DNA of 64,000 bases from contig OZ244065.1 in NCBI GenBank assembly GCA_965215505.1, positions 160,001 through 224,000 of the forward strand, in the 5' to 3' direction. Below are positions 1-11,601 of the stretch, piece by piece; position 1 is the stretch's first letter; each line of letters starts with the position of its first letter. A program made the translations under genes and the position numbers. This DNA is from Capsulimonadaceae bacterium (GTDB lineage: Bacteria > Armatimonadota > Armatimonadia > Armatimonadales > Capsulimonadaceae). The notes beneath the pieces are model-generated. The model searched no databases and had not been told where the DNA came from. It saw only the letters and a list, made by a program, of their open reading frames with translations.

Positions 1-596
1 AGGACGCACATCTCGACGGTGAGCGCGGGGACGCGCGAAAAGATGGAGCCGGTCAGCGCCCCCTGCCGGCCGCCGACGCCGGTCTGGGAGTCGCCCTTGA
101 TGCCCGCGTCCCGCTCCGCCCCGCCTAAAGCGGCGACGACTGCGGGCTGGAAGATGCGGGCCGCCCGACGGGAGGCGGCGATGACGGCGGGGGACGGTCC
201 CGTCACGCCGAAGCGACGCCCCTGCCGGTCCGGGTAATAAGTGGCCAGCCCAGAATGCTCCCCCGAATCGCAGTGCAGACGCAGCAGCAGATCGGCGTGG
301 GCGGCATTGGCGATCTCCGCCCGGTGCCGGTTCGCGACGATCTGCCCTTCACTCGTCTTGGTGAGGACGACGGTCGCCCCCGCCCCCTCCAGCAGTGCCT
401 TGAGCCGCAGCCCGACGACCCAGTTGACGTGCCGCTCGGTCAGCCGCCCGTCGCGGCTTTCCGTGCCCTGGCTCGTGTCCGAGGTGTGGCCGGGGTCGAG
501 GCAGACGACGAATCCGCGAAGCGGACCAACGCCTCCATCGGCCTTGGCGGGCAGGGGCAGGACGCTCAGGAGCAGCAGGGCGAGAAAGAGTCTCAT
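1..596 (-). CDS. N-acetylmuramoyl-L-alanine amidase (Amidase_3), secreted; 3' end runs off window
   Basis: Own translation from ATG 596 (not in ORF track): MRLFLALLLLSVLPLPAKA signal peptide, then VCLDPGH...TERHVN...RAEIAN...LLLRLHCD...ALTVEM. These are the H/E/H/E zinc motifs of Amidase_3. Confidence 0.85.
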   Translation of the reverse strand, partial: MRLFLALLLLSVLPLPAKADGGVGPLRGFVVCLDPGHTSDTSQGTESRDGRLTERHVNWVVGLRLKALLEGAGATVVLTKTSEGQIVANRHRAEIANAAHADLLLRLHCDSGEHSGLATYYPDRQGRRFGVTGPSPAVIAASRRAARIFQPAVVAALGGAERDAGIKGDSQTGVGGRQGALTGSIFSRVPALTVEMCV

Positions 597-844
597 GCGT
601 GAGGGCGCACTCCGAGATAGAATAACACGCTCACCGCGATGCCGGCCAGAAGCCCCGCCAGCAGCGCCCCCTGGCGGGTCTTGACGGCCCCGGCGAGTGG
701 GAAGAGGGCGCAGACCAGGACGCAGGCGAGGACCGCCCCGCCGCGCGCGTGGAACAGCAGGGCGGTCAGCCCGCCGAACAGGGCGCAGAGCGGCAGGACG
801 AACAGGCCTTGCAGGAAACCTGCGATGTTGGCGCGGGTGAACAT
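593..844 (-). CDS. small membrane protein (about 3 TM)
   Basis: Hydrophobic ORF starting MFTRANIAG; ATGA overlap with the amidase start. Confidence 0.6.
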   Translation of the reverse strand: MFTRANIAGFLQGLFVLPLCALFGGLTALLFHARGGAVLACVLVCALFPLAGAVKTRQGALLAGLLAGIAVSVLFYLGVRPHA

Positions 845-868
845 GGGATGAGGAGTAAGCGGGGAAGA

Positions 869-893
869 GGGTAGGGACAAGCCCTACCCCTAC
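869..893. repeat. GTAG-type REP-like palindrome
   Basis: GGGTAGGGACAAGCCCTACCC followed by CTAC; same architecture as elements at 39784, 42540 and 61933. Confidence 0.55.
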
Positions 894-907
894 GGGCCGC
901 CGTCGCC

Positions 908-2369
<1,462 letters not shown>

Positions 2370-2408
2370 CTCCTTGTTTTATGTGATTGTACCTCTCCAA
2401 TACCCATT

Positions 2409-3254
2409 TCACGCGGAAGCGCCAAGCGTATCGGTGCGGAGCGACCAATTCAGCGGTGTCCAATCAGCCTGCGGGGAGCCTTCCTTGCGCTGATACGGCC
2501 GCTCCGGGTCCGGCATGACGGCGGTGTTCAGGCCGACCCGGATGTGGGCGTCGTGGTTGGCGGAGCCGCTGTGGACGAGCAGATAGTGCATGAAGATCAC
2601 GTCGCCTGCCGCGCCAGGCAGGGGAACCGGGGTTGCGTAGTCCAGCGCGGGCGGCGTGGTGCTGCCCTTGTCGCCGGTCGCCAGCCAGTGTTCGAATACC
2701 TGCCGGTGACTGCCGGGCCGCACCGTCGTCGCGCCCCCGTAGGCGGCGGTGTCGGTTAAGTAGGCGAAGACGACCAGGAAGAACTTCTCCGGCCAGGCCG
2801 TGACGGCGTGCATCCCGTCTATGTGGTAGCCGTCGGTCGGCGGCTCGAAGGCGGGCGGGCCGGGCCTGGGGAAACTCAGGACGGGGATGAAGCCGCGCAG
2901 TGTGGCCGGGGACATGCCCCGACTGTCCAGGAAGGGGCTGTAGGTGACGCCGGGGATGAAATCAGGCCCGACGAGTTCCGCTGCGGCGGCCTCGATCAGC
3001 GGTGTGCGGCAGGCTTCGGTGAAGGCGATGGCGTCCGGGTCCGTACTCATGGCCCGGCCCGCCCAGGTGTCGGGGTCATCAGGGCTGACGCCCATGCGTT
3101 CGAGCAGGCCCGTCTGGGTGGAGGAAACGAGGCTGGCGGGGATCAGGCCGGAGACGCGGACGTAGCCGTCCCGGATGAACTGCCGCCGCTGCTCGGCGGG
3201 GATGAGTGGCTGAGTGGCTGTGTCAGTGTCCATGGGTTTATGGGGATCAGTCAA
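2409..3254 (-). CDS. phytanoyl-CoA dioxygenase (PhyH) family Fe/2OG oxygenase
   Basis: FIRDGYV, HID, RPGSH, AGDVIFMH..LVH and R motifs. Confidence 0.85.
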   Translation of the reverse strand: MTDPHKPMDTDTATQPLIPAEQRRQFIRDGYVRVSGLIPASLVSSTQTGLLERMGVSPDDPDTWAGRAMSTDPDAIAFTEACRTPLIEAAAAELVGPDFIPGVTYSPFLDSRGMSPATLRGFIPVLSFPRPGPPAFEPPTDGYHIDGMHAVTAWPEKFFLVVFAYLTDTAAYGGATTVRPGSHRQVFEHWLATGDKGSTTPPALDYATPVPLPGAAGDVIFMHYLLVHSGSANHDAHIRVGLNTAVMPDPERPYQRKEGSPQADWTPLNWSLRTDTLGASA

Positions 3255-3864
3255 AATCCGTCGGCCAGTCCGGATGGCGGTCGTGGTCGAAGAAGCGCGC
3301 GATCTGCTCTGCGGTGACGCGCTCGACGGACAGAGGCGGGAGCGCGTTCAGAGCGAAGAAGTCCACGCCGTCGGTTTCACTGCTGAGGGCAGGACTGCCG
3401 CCGGTGATCTCGCAGCGAAAGAACGCCTTGTAAACGTGGAATGCCATCGGCGGGTGGCCGTGGAGGTTCCGGTCGTAGAGGGCCAGCAGCTTGACGGCTT
3501 TGGCCTCGTAGCCCGACTCCTCGTGAATCTCCCGCTCCACGGCAAAGCCAGGCGCATTGCCGACATCCGCCCAGCCACCGGGCAGCGTCCACAGCCCGTC
3601 CGACCGTTCGCGGACTAATAGCACCTTATCGTCCTGGATGACCACGCCGCGCACGTCCACTTTGGGGGTCGCGTAACCTTCTTCAGCCCGGAACAGGCCG
3701 GCGAGTTCCGGTGGCTCCGCGCCGAGCGGGGCCGCCAGCATCTCGGCGGCGATCTGGCGCAGCTCCTCGTACCGCTGGCGGTCGTAGGGGTCTTTGGCGA
3801 AGGTCAGACCTGTCTGCGACAGCGCCTGTATCTTCTGCGCCCACTGTACGAGTGCCTCGTCCAA
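3247..3864 (-). CDS. Nudix hydrolase (ADP-ribose pyrophosphatase, YjhB-like, with Nudix_N domain)
   Basis: GYATPKVDVRG and the Nudix box GGWAD...REIHEESG. Confidence 0.9.
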   Translation of the reverse strand: MDEALVQWAQKIQALSQTGLTFAKDPYDRQRYEELRQIAAEMLAAPLGAEPPELAGLFRAEEGYATPKVDVRGVVIQDDKVLLVRERSDGLWTLPGGWADVGNAPGFAVEREIHEESGYEAKAVKLLALYDRNLHGHPPMAFHVYKAFFRCEITGGSPALSSETDGVDFFALNALPPLSVERVTAEQIARFFDHDRHPDWPTDFD

Positions 3865-3866
3865 GT

Positions 3867-4790
3867 CTACGCTCCTTCCAGAACGGCCCGCGCCTGGGCG
3901 GCGAACGGGGAGCGCAGGGCCAGCGCGATCTGCGTCTCGATCAGGCCTTCCGGGATGCCCATGTCGTGCCGGACGCCCGCGACCTCGCAGGCCAGGTATC
4001 GGCCCCGCTCCAACAATAGCTCTTGGGCCGAGGTGAGCTGGATCTCGCCCCGCACACGCTGGTCGTGGCCGATCAGATATTCCAGGCAGTCGAAGATCGC
4101 GGGTGGGAAGGCGTGGGTGCCGAAATGGACCAGATACTCGCCGTCCGGCAGGCCCGGCGTTTTCAGGTGCGCGCGGGCGTACTCCGGCGTGGGCTTTTCG
4201 AATAGCGCCCGGAGTTCGTAGACGGGCGGCTGCGCGCCCGGCAGGGGTGTGCCGGCGATGGTGCCGTAGCGGTAGAGCTGGGCCTCGGGGACGCGCGACA
4301 CGGACGTCATCGGGGCCTGATGCGCTTCATAGGCCGTCATCACCTGGCGGGCGCAGCGGTCCGCCGTGTCCGAAAAGTAGATATGGTCGCCCAGGGTGAG
4401 CAGGAACGGCTCGTCGCCCACCCACTCCCGTGCCTGGTAGACGGCATGGCCGTAGCCTTCCTGCGTCTCCTGAACCACGAAGGTCAGCCGCGCCGCCATG
4501 TCGGCCAGAGCGTCCGCGAGCGGCGTCATCCACTCCTTGCCCGGCGAGACGGATAGGGCTGGGCCCTGGAAGTGAAGGCGCATCGGCTCGACGTTGGCCG
4601 GGTTGGCGATGACGCAGACCTCCTCAATGCCCGAGGCAAGCAGCTCTTCCACTAATATCTGCACGGTCGGCTTGGCATAGCCGTCCACATCCACCAGGGG
4701 GAACAGCTCCTTCTGGACCGTCTGCGAGGCGGGGTATTGACGAGTCCCGCGCCCCGCCGCCGTGATGACGCCCTTGCGAATGCCGGTCAT
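3867..4790 (-). CDS. UTP--glucose-1-phosphate uridylyltransferase-like sugar-phosphate nucleotidyltransferase
   Basis: AAGRGTRQYPAS..QKE, GYGHAV, EKP and GEIQLT motifs. Confidence 0.85.
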   Translation of the reverse strand: MTGIRKGVITAAGRGTRQYPASQTVQKELFPLVDVDGYAKPTVQILVEELLASGIEEVCVIANPANVEPMRLHFQGPALSVSPGKEWMTPLADALADMAARLTFVVQETQEGYGHAVYQAREWVGDEPFLLTLGDHIYFSDTADRCARQVMTAYEAHQAPMTSVSRVPEAQLYRYGTIAGTPLPGAQPPVYELRALFEKPTPEYARAHLKTPGLPDGEYLVHFGTHAFPPAIFDCLEYLIGHDQRVRGEIQLTSAQELLLERGRYLACEVAGVRHDMGIPEGLIETQIALALRSPFAAQARAVLEGA

Positions 4791-4800
4791 GGGGAATGCC

Positions 4801-5427
4801 TTACTTGGCGTCCTGCCAGAGTGCGCGGATGTCTATCGCCCGCATGTTGGCCCGCCGAGCGGCTTCCAGACCGGGGTCGCCGTCCTCATAGACGATGCAG
4901 TCGGCGGGGGCCGCGCCGAGCCGCTCGGCGGCGAGCAGGAACAGGTCCGGGGCGGGCTTGCCGTGGACTACGTCATCGGCGGTGACGATCACGTCGAAGA
5001 GGGAGATCAGGCCCGTCCGGGTCAGGGTTTCGCGGACGACGCGCCCGAAGCCGCTGGAAGCGACCGCCATCGGCACCTGACCATGGTGCGCCCGCGCGAT
5101 GTCGGCGACGGCTTTGATCTCCTCGACGGTGTGCAGCAGTTCCAGGTAGCGATGCTCCTTGTCCTCCTGCGTCTTCTCGATGTCCAGCCCGTAGCCGAAC
5201 TCGCGGTTCAGGTCCTCGATGATGGCCTGGTTGGGCCACCCGCCCATCCGGTAGAAGTTTTCTTCGGTCAGGTCCGCCCCGAAGGACTGGAGCGAGGCCG
5301 CCCAGGCTTTGAAGTGGTTCGGCATGGTGTCGGCGAGTGTGCCGTCACAGTCGAAAATCAAAGCCTTAAAGGGCTGCGGCGGGGCGATGCGTGTGATGTC
5401 CATGGGTGTCTTTCGGGTGTCAGCCAT
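4801..5427 (-). CDS. HAD-family sugar phosphatase (YqaB/beta-PGM-like)
   Basis: FDCDGTLAD, GKPAPD and ED motifs. Confidence 0.9.
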   Translation of the reverse strand: MADTRKTPMDITRIAPPQPFKALIFDCDGTLADTMPNHFKAWAASLQSFGADLTEENFYRMGGWPNQAIIEDLNREFGYGLDIEKTQEDKEHRYLELLHTVEEIKAVADIARAHHGQVPMAVASSGFGRVVRETLTRTGLISLFDVIVTADDVVHGKPAPDLFLLAAERLGAAPADCIVYEDGDPGLEAARRANMRAIDIRALWQDAK

Positions 5428-6139
5428 TGCGCTGGCCGTAATAGGCGTCCTTACCGTGTTTGCGGAGGAAATGCTTGTCCAGGATGGCCTGCGGCGTGGT
5501 CGTGGCTTCGGGGTTCAGGGCTTCGGTCTGCAACGCTAATCCGGCGACTTCTTCCATGATGACGGCGTTCTCGACGGCCTTGGCGACGGTCGTTCCCCAG
5601 GCGAACGGGGCGTGGTAGGAGAGCATGACACCAGGCAGGTGCAGCGGGTCCAGGCTGTTGGAGTGGAAATGTTCGGCGATGACGACGCCCGTGTTCCACT
5701 CGTAGGCTTCTTGAATCTCCTCGGTCGTCAGCGGGCGGCAGAGGGGAACGGGACCATAGAAGGTGTCGGCGTGGGTCGTCCCGTAGCAGGGGATCTCGCG
5801 GCAGGCCTGCGCCCAGCTCGTCGCGTGGCGCGAGTGGGTGTGGGCGATCCCACCGATGGCGGGGAACTGCTGATAGAGGCAGACGTGGGTCGGGGTGTCT
5901 GAGGAAGGCCGCAGGCGCTCGCCGGGCAAAGGCTCCCCCGTTTCCAGTGAAACCAGCACGATGTCTTCGGGCTGTAGCTTATCGTAGGCCACGCCGCTCG
6001 GCTTGATGGCGACGATGCCGCGCTCGCGGTTGACGGCGCTGGCATTGCCCCAGGTCAGCACGACCAGGCCGGCCTCGACCAGCTTCATGTTGGCGAGGTA
6101 GACCGCTTCTTTGAGTTGGCCGAGGAAAACGTCAGACAT
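5420..6139 (-). CDS. araD: L-ribulose-5-phosphate 4-epimerase
   Basis: TWGNAS, KPSG, PSSDTPTH, HTHS and KHG..AYYGQ motifs. Confidence 0.97.
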   Translation of the reverse strand: MSDVFLGQLKEAVYLANMKLVEAGLVVLTWGNASAVNRERGIVAIKPSGVAYDKLQPEDIVLVSLETGEPLPGERLRPSSDTPTHVCLYQQFPAIGGIAHTHSRHATSWAQACREIPCYGTTHADTFYGPVPLCRPLTTEEIQEAYEWNTGVVIAEHFHSNSLDPLHLPGVMLSYHAPFAWGTTVAKAVENAVIMEEVAGLALQTEALNPEATTTPQAILDKHFLRKHGKDAYYGQRNG

Positions 6140-7799
6140 GCCGCACCTCGTCTCGGATCGCCAGCAATGCCTTCATTATGCCCGAAAGGTCGTCCTGCGT
6201 CCCCCGAACGCCGAAGGCGTCGTGGATGCGGCGGTACAGCGCATACAGCCGATCGTAGACGGCCTGACTCGCGGGGTCCGGCTGGAAGACGCGCGGGTTA
6301 AGGGCCGTCATGGCGTCCGTTGCCTCGGCGAAGGAGGGATAAGCCCCCGCCGCCACGGCCCCGGCGATGGCCGACCCCAGGGCCGCCGTCTGCGCGCTGC
6401 GGGAGATCGCGATGGGGCGGCCCATGACGTCGGCGTAGATCTGCATCACCAGCGGGTTCTTGACCGAAATGCCGCCGCAGTTGATGATCGTCTCCACCTT
6501 CTGCCCGTATTCCTCGAACCGCTCCATGATGACGCGGGACCCGAAGGCGGTCGCCTCAATCCAGGCGCGGTACATGTCGGCGGGCGTCGTCTGCAATGTC
6601 AGCCCAATGATGCCACCGGTCAACCGCTGGTCCACCAGAACCGTCCGGTTGCCGTTGTGCCAGTCCAGGGCCAGCAGGCCGCTCTCGCCGGGGAGCAGCT
6701 TGGAGGCAGCGGCAGTCAGCTCCTCGTGCCCCTGCCCGGCGGGCTGGATGCTGCTGACGAACCAGTTGAAGATGTCCCCGACGGCGGACTGTCCCGCTTC
6801 CAGGCCATAGAAGCCAGGCAGGATGGATTCGGGCACGATGCCGCACAGGCCGGGGATGTCGGCGAGGTCAGCGCCCAGCGGCGCGACCATCATGTCGCAC
6901 GTCGAGGTCCCGATGTTCTTGACCAAAGCCCCCGGCTTGATGCCCGACCCGACGCCGCCTAAATGGGCATCAAACGCGCCCACCGAGATCGGGATGCCTT
7001 CCGGCAAGCCGGTCAGGCCCGCCCATTCGGCGGTCAGGGTGCCCGCGACCTCGCCGACGTGGAAGGCATGGTCGGGGAGCGTCCGGCGGAGGCGCACTAG
7101 CCCTGGGTCCAGGCCGCTCAGGAACTCCGCGTCCGGGTAGCCGCCCCACTCGGGGTGGAACATCGCCTTGTGGCCCGCCGCGCAGATGTCGCGCTTCAGA
7201 CGGTCGGGGTGCGTCTCCCCCGTGAGAACGGCGGGAAGCCAATCGGAATGCTCGACCCAAGTGTAGGCGGCCTCGAAAACGGCCGGGTCGGCGCGCAGGC
7301 AGCGCAGGACCTTGGACCAGTACCATTCGGCGCTGTAGATGCCGCCGCATTTGAGAAGATACTGGGGCCGCATCTTCGCGGCAAGTGCGGTGATCTCGGC
7401 GGCCTCGGCGTGGCCCGTGTGGTCCTTCCAGAGATAGACCAGCGCCGCCATGTTGTCCGCAAACTCGGGCTTCAAGGCAAGGGGCGTCCCGTCCACGTCC
7501 ACGGGGATTGGAGTTGAGCCTGTCGTGTCTACGCCCAGCCCGATGACCTGATCGGGCGCGAAGCCGGGGCGCGAAGCCGCCTGCTCCATGACGCTCGCAA
7601 TGACGGACTGCGCGCCGTCCAGATAGTCCTGCGGGTGCTGGCGGGCGACATCCGGGTCGCGCTCGTCGGTCAGGATGCCGGCCTTGCCGTGGGGGTAGGG
7701 GAAGACGCTGGTAGCCAGCTCCTCGCCGGAACTGACGTCCACAATCAGCCCGCGCACGGAACTGGTCCCGTAATCCAGGCCGATGCTATACTGTGGCAT
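6132..7799 (-). CDS. araB: L-ribulokinase
   Basis: GLDYGT, DTTGST, WKDHT, GTSTC, EAGQSAVGD and LDWHNGNR motifs. Confidence 0.97.
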   Translation of the reverse strand: MPQYSIGLDYGTSSVRGLIVDVSSGEELATSVFPYPHGKAGILTDERDPDVARQHPQDYLDGAQSVIASVMEQAASRPGFAPDQVIGLGVDTTGSTPIPVDVDGTPLALKPEFADNMAALVYLWKDHTGHAEAAEITALAAKMRPQYLLKCGGIYSAEWYWSKVLRCLRADPAVFEAAYTWVEHSDWLPAVLTGETHPDRLKRDICAAGHKAMFHPEWGGYPDAEFLSGLDPGLVRLRRTLPDHAFHVGEVAGTLTAEWAGLTGLPEGIPISVGAFDAHLGGVGSGIKPGALVKNIGTSTCDMMVAPLGADLADIPGLCGIVPESILPGFYGLEAGQSAVGDIFNWFVSSIQPAGQGHEELTAAASKLLPGESGLLALDWHNGNRTVLVDQRLTGGIIGLTLQTTPADMYRAWIEATAFGSRVIMERFEEYGQKVETIINCGGISVKNPLVMQIYADVMGRPIAISRSAQTAALGSAIAGAVAAGAYPSFAEATDAMTALNPRVFQPDPASQAVYDRLYALYRRIHDAFGVRGTQDDLSGIMKALLAIRDEVRHV

Positions 7800-8847
7800 G
7801 GGCAGGTTCCTCCTCGAACTCGATCATGGCCTTGACGACGCCGTCCCGATAGTCGGCCACCATGTCGAAACCCTCCTGCGTCCGCGCAAACGGGAAGTGG
7901 TGCGTGACCATCACATTCACATCGATCTCTTTGTTCGCGATCATGTCAATCGCGCTCTGGACGCAGTTGTTCTGGCGTCGGACGTTCTGGACGCAGATCT
8001 CCTTGCGCCGCAGCAGGTTGATGTCGAATGAGACGCGGTTGACGCTCGGGATGCCGATGAGCAGCAGCTTCCCGCCGGGCTTCAGCAGCTCGACGCCCTG
8101 GTCCATCGCCTCCTGCTTGCCGCTGCACTCGAAGACGACATCCAGCAGTTCCGGCTCGCGCTCCTTGACGGCGGCGACGACATCCTCGGTGTCGGGGTTG
8201 CCCACCCAATCGGCCCCGGCGCGGGTCGCCATCTGGAGCCGGGCGTCGATCTTGTCGGTCATGTAGACGTGACCCGCGCCCTGCGCCTTGGCGGGCAGGA
8301 GGACGCTCAGGCCGATCGGCCCCGCCCCCAGGATGCCGACGGTCGCGCCGGGCATGGGGACTGAGAGCGTCAGGGCATAAACGCCGATGGAAAGCGGCTC
8401 GACGATGGCGGCCTCTTCAAACGTCATCGTGTCCGGGATGGGATAGCAGCTTCTTTCCGGCAGCACCAAATACTCGCCGAGGCAGCCCTCCACCTGGCCG
8501 GGGCAGCCCAGGAAGTCCTGGGCACGGCAGGTGTGCGGGCGTCCGGCGAGGCACTGGTCGCAGACGCCGCAGGGCTGGGCGGGGTCAAAGGCGATCCGGT
8601 CGCCCGGCTTCACGCGCGTCACTTTGGGGCCGACCTGGGCGACGAGGCCCGCGCCCTCGTGTCCCACGCCCCACGGGTAGGCGACGCGCTGGCTGCCGAT
8701 GCCGCCCTCGGCGAAGTAGTGGACGTCCGAGCCGCAGATGCCGACGCGGGCCATCTTGATCAGGACATCCGTCGGGCGGGAGAGGGTGGGGGCGGGCACG
8801 TCCCGCATCTCCATACGCCGCAGTCCGGTCAGTTTCATCGCTTGCAT
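7786..8847 (-). CDS. Zn-dependent (MDR) polyol dehydrogenase, sorbitol/L-iditol dehydrogenase-like
   Basis: GICGSD, GHE, four-Cys structural zinc site, EPLS and GAGPIG motifs. Confidence 0.9.
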   Translation of the reverse strand: MQAMKLTGLRRMEMRDVPAPTLSRPTDVLIKMARVGICGSDVHYFAEGGIGSQRVAYPWGVGHEGAGLVAQVGPKVTRVKPGDRIAFDPAQPCGVCDQCLAGRPHTCRAQDFLGCPGQVEGCLGEYLVLPERSCYPIPDTMTFEEAAIVEPLSIGVYALTLSVPMPGATVGILGAGPIGLSVLLPAKAQGAGHVYMTDKIDARLQMATRAGADWVGNPDTEDVVAAVKEREPELLDVVFECSGKQEAMDQGVELLKPGGKLLLIGIPSVNRVSFDINLLRRKEICVQNVRRQNNCVQSAIDMIANKEIDVNVMVTHHFPFARTQEGFDMVADYRDGVVKAMIEFEEEPAHATV

Positions 8848-8850
8848 GGT

Positions 8851-10350
8851 CTATAGCCTCAGACGCCAGGCGGCTTCGCTCCAGCGCAGTTCATTGCGGA
8901 AGGCGAGCGCTCTGGTGTCATCGTTGATCAACAGGTACTCGACCCCGGCCAGTTCCGCCCAGTCTATCATCTGCTCGGCGGTCAGGGCCAGTGAGAAGCC
9001 GGTGTGGTGCGCGCCGCCCGCGAGTATCCACGTCTCGGCGGCGACGCGCAGGGACGGCTGCGGCTTCCACAGGACGCGGGCCACGGGAAGCTTGGGCATG
9101 GCCCTTTCGGACTTCACCGCGTCCACCTGGTTGATGATCAGCCGGAACCGATGGCCGAGGTCTATCAAAGAGGCGTTGATGGCGGGGCCGGAAGCGCCGT
9201 CGAAGACCAGCCGGGCGGGGTCGGCCTTGCCGCCGATGCCCAGCGGGTGGACCTCGATGCGCGGCTTGGTGGCCGCGATGGACGGGCAGATCTCCAGCAT
9301 GTGTGAGCCTAGCACGAGTTCATTGCCGGGTTCCAGGTGGTAGGTATAGTCTTCCATGAACGAAGTCCCCTGCGGCAGACCCTCCGCCATGAGCTTCATG
9401 GTACGGACCAGGGCCGCCGTCTTCCAATCGCCCTCCCCGGCGAACCCAAAGCCGGACCCCATCAGCCGCTGCGCGGCAAGACCCGGAAGCTGTGGCAGCC
9501 CGTGCAGGTCTTCAAACGTCGTCGTGAACGCCCCGAAGCCGCCTTCGGTCAGGAAGGCCCGCAGGCCCAATTCGATCCGCGCCTGCTCCCGGACCCGGTC
9601 GCGGGCCGGGCCGTCCGCCTGGACATCGGACGCCAGATCGTAAGTCTCGGCGTACTCCGCCATCAGGCTGGTGACTTCGGCGTCCGAGAAGCCGTTGACG
9701 CGCTCCACCAGGTCGCCGACCCCGTAGCCGTTGACCGACCAGCCCAGCTTGATCTGCGCCTCCACCTTGTCGCCCTCGGTGACGGCGACCTGGCGCATGT
9801 TGTCCCCAAAGCGGGCGACTTTGAGGTCCTTGCCCGCCGTGAACCCGGCCGCCGTCCGTGTCCAGCCGCCGATCTCCTGCCGGACAGCGGGGTCTTCCCA
9901 GTAGCCGACGACGACCTTGCGCGCGACGCCCATGCGCGCCCCGATGAACCCGTATTCCCGGTCGCCGTGGGCGGACTGGTTCAGGTTCATGAAGTCCATG
10001 TCGATGGAATCCCAGGGGATGTCGCGGTTGAACTGGGTGTGCAGGTGCAGGAGCGGCTTGCGGAGTTCGGACAGCCCGGCGATCCACATCTTGGCGGGGG
10101 AGAAGGTGTGCATCCAGGTGATGAGGCCCGCACAGCCGTCGTCGGCGTTCGCCTCGCGGCACAGCGTCCGGATCGCGTCGGGGGTGGTGAGGACGGGCTT
10201 GAACACGACTTTAACGGGGATTTCGGAGGCCCCGTCTAGACCAGCTGTGATCTGCCGGGAGTGTCCCGCCACCTGCTCCAGTGTCTCCGGGCCGTAGAGG
10301 TGCTGGCTGCCGGTGACGAACCAGACGACGTAGTCTTTGAGGGCGGGCAT
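8851..10350 (-). CDS. araA: L-arabinose isomerase
   Basis: [36 protein letters not shown] and GGAHH motifs. Confidence 0.98.
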   Translation of the reverse strand: MPALKDYVVWFVTGSQHLYGPETLEQVAGHSRQITAGLDGASEIPVKVVFKPVLTTPDAIRTLCREANADDGCAGLITWMHTFSPAKMWIAGLSELRKPLLHLHTQFNRDIPWDSIDMDFMNLNQSAHGDREYGFIGARMGVARKVVVGYWEDPAVRQEIGGWTRTAAGFTAGKDLKVARFGDNMRQVAVTEGDKVEAQIKLGWSVNGYGVGDLVERVNGFSDAEVTSLMAEYAETYDLASDVQADGPARDRVREQARIELGLRAFLTEGGFGAFTTTFEDLHGLPQLPGLAAQRLMGSGFGFAGEGDWKTAALVRTMKLMAEGLPQGTSFMEDYTYHLEPGNELVLGSHMLEICPSIAATKPRIEVHPLGIGGKADPARLVFDGASGPAINASLIDLGHRFRLIINQVDAVKSERAMPKLPVARVLWKPQPSLRVAAETWILAGGAHHTGFSLALTAEQMIDWAELAGVEYLLINDDTRALAFRNELRWSEAAWRLRL

Positions 10351-10399
10351 AGTGTGGCTTCCTTAGCGTCGACGGGGGTTGATTAGGTAAAACAGCCTG

Positions 10400-10428
10400 A
10401 TTATACCGGCTTAGGGCGGGCCTGTCAA
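10400..10428 (-). promoter_or_regulatory. consensus sigma70 promoter of the ara operon
   Basis: Minus strand reads TTGACA-N17-TATAAT. Confidence 0.85.
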
Positions 10429-10444
10429 ATCGGGGCGGCAGTGG

Positions 10445-10470
10445 AAAACCCCGGTGCCTTCGCACCGGGG
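10445..10470 (-). terminator. intrinsic terminator
   Basis: 9-bp GC stem CCCCGGTGC/GCACCGGGG followed by TTTT on the minus strand, just after the 10496 gene. Confidence 0.8.
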
Positions 10471-10495
10471 CTTGTTCTGCTTCATCTGTCGGCGG

Positions 10496-11071
10496 CTACT
10501 GTGATGCACTCGCATACTGGTCGGCGGACTGGACAGTGCCCCCGTTTACGCCGTTCTGCGGGTTGGGGTTGACCTGCACCGGCGGCTGGTATGCACTCGG
10601 GTTGTTCGGGTCGAAGCCGTTGCCCAGAGCCTGCTGCGCCTGGTCAGCGGGCACCTGAACGCCCTGGGCCGGGGCTTGCAGCCAGACGACGGTGTGGTTC
10701 GCGTCGTTCTTGCGGTAGTAGATCGCGCCCTTGTTCGGCCCTTTGTCTTCACGGTAAAGCTGAGGGTTTGCGCCCGCCCCGCCGTTCTGCGCCGCCTGCG
10801 CGTCCTGCTTCTTGTAGCGGGTGTACATGTAGTAAAGCAGGGCCGCGCCTGCCAGAAGTATGACTTTCTGCTTGGTGCTGAGGCCCGCCTTGGCCGGCTG
10901 GGCGTTCGGCTGGGCGGTGGTCGCGTCGGCAGGAGCCGGGGCGCTGGCGCTTGACTGATCGGGAGCGTTGTTCTTTCCGCCGCAGCCCGCCGTGACTGCC
11001 AGCGTCGGCAGGGCGAGCGAGGCGACGAGCGCGAGCGCGATGAAGCGCGGGGCGCGGGGGGCGCGTGTCAT
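10496..11071 (-). CDS. hypothetical lipoprotein with an internal hydrophobic segment
   Basis: Likely start MTRAPRAP; lipobox-like TAGC; second hydrophobic stretch KQKVILLAGAALLYYMY. Confidence 0.7.
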   Translation of the reverse strand: MTRAPRAPRFIALALVASLALPTLAVTAGCGGKNNAPDQSSASAPAPADATTAQPNAQPAKAGLSTKQKVILLAGAALLYYMYTRYKKQDAQAAQNGGAGANPQLYREDKGPNKGAIYYRKNDANHTVVWLQAPAQGVQVPADQAQQALGNGFDPNNPSAYQPPVQVNPNPQNGVNGGTVQSADQYASASQ

Positions 11072-11184
11072 GGGTGGTGTCTCCTGTGTGGGCCGGTCCG
11101 GGAGCGGCGTCTGTCCCGGAATGTACCCGGCCCGGCAGGCGTTTAATCCCCTTTCACCCCCGCCCATCGGGTATCATGGGCGGC

Positions 11185-11601
11185 ATGAGCAGTGCCCATC
11201 CCTCCGACCTGGCTTCAGACCGGCCCGTCTGCGTCGCCATCGTCATCTGTAACGAGATCATCGAGGACAAGCGGACCAGCAACAAGACGCTGGTCAGCCT
11301 GTTCAACTCGGTCGGCGTCCCCGCCCTGCCCGCGACCCACCCCCGGCTGTTCTTGATGGCTTCCCTGACCAACCTGCGGGAAGAGCTGCCGGTGACGTTC
11401 AGCATCAAGGGGCCGTCGGGGCGGGAGGTCCTGCGGGTGAACGGGTCGGTCAGCAGCGGCGGCGACCCGCTGATCGTGGTGGACATGGTCGTGGAGGTGC
11501 TGGGGCTGCCCATCGGCGAGGAGGGCGTCCACTTCGTGGACGTGCTGACCGGCGACGCGCTCCTGGGCAGCCGGCGGTTCACGGTGCGTCTGCTGGGCTG
11601 A
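11185..11601 (+). CDS. hypothetical protein (DUF6941-like)
   Basis: ICNEIIEDKRTSNKTLVSLFN pattern and beta-rich character. The family call is from recall. Confidence 0.65.
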   Translation: MSSAHPSDLASDRPVCVAIVICNEIIEDKRTSNKTLVSLFNSVGVPALPATHPRLFLMASLTNLREELPVTFSIKGPSGREVLRVNGSVSSGGDPLIVVDMVVEVLGLPIGEEGVHFVDVLTGDALLGSRRFTVRLLG

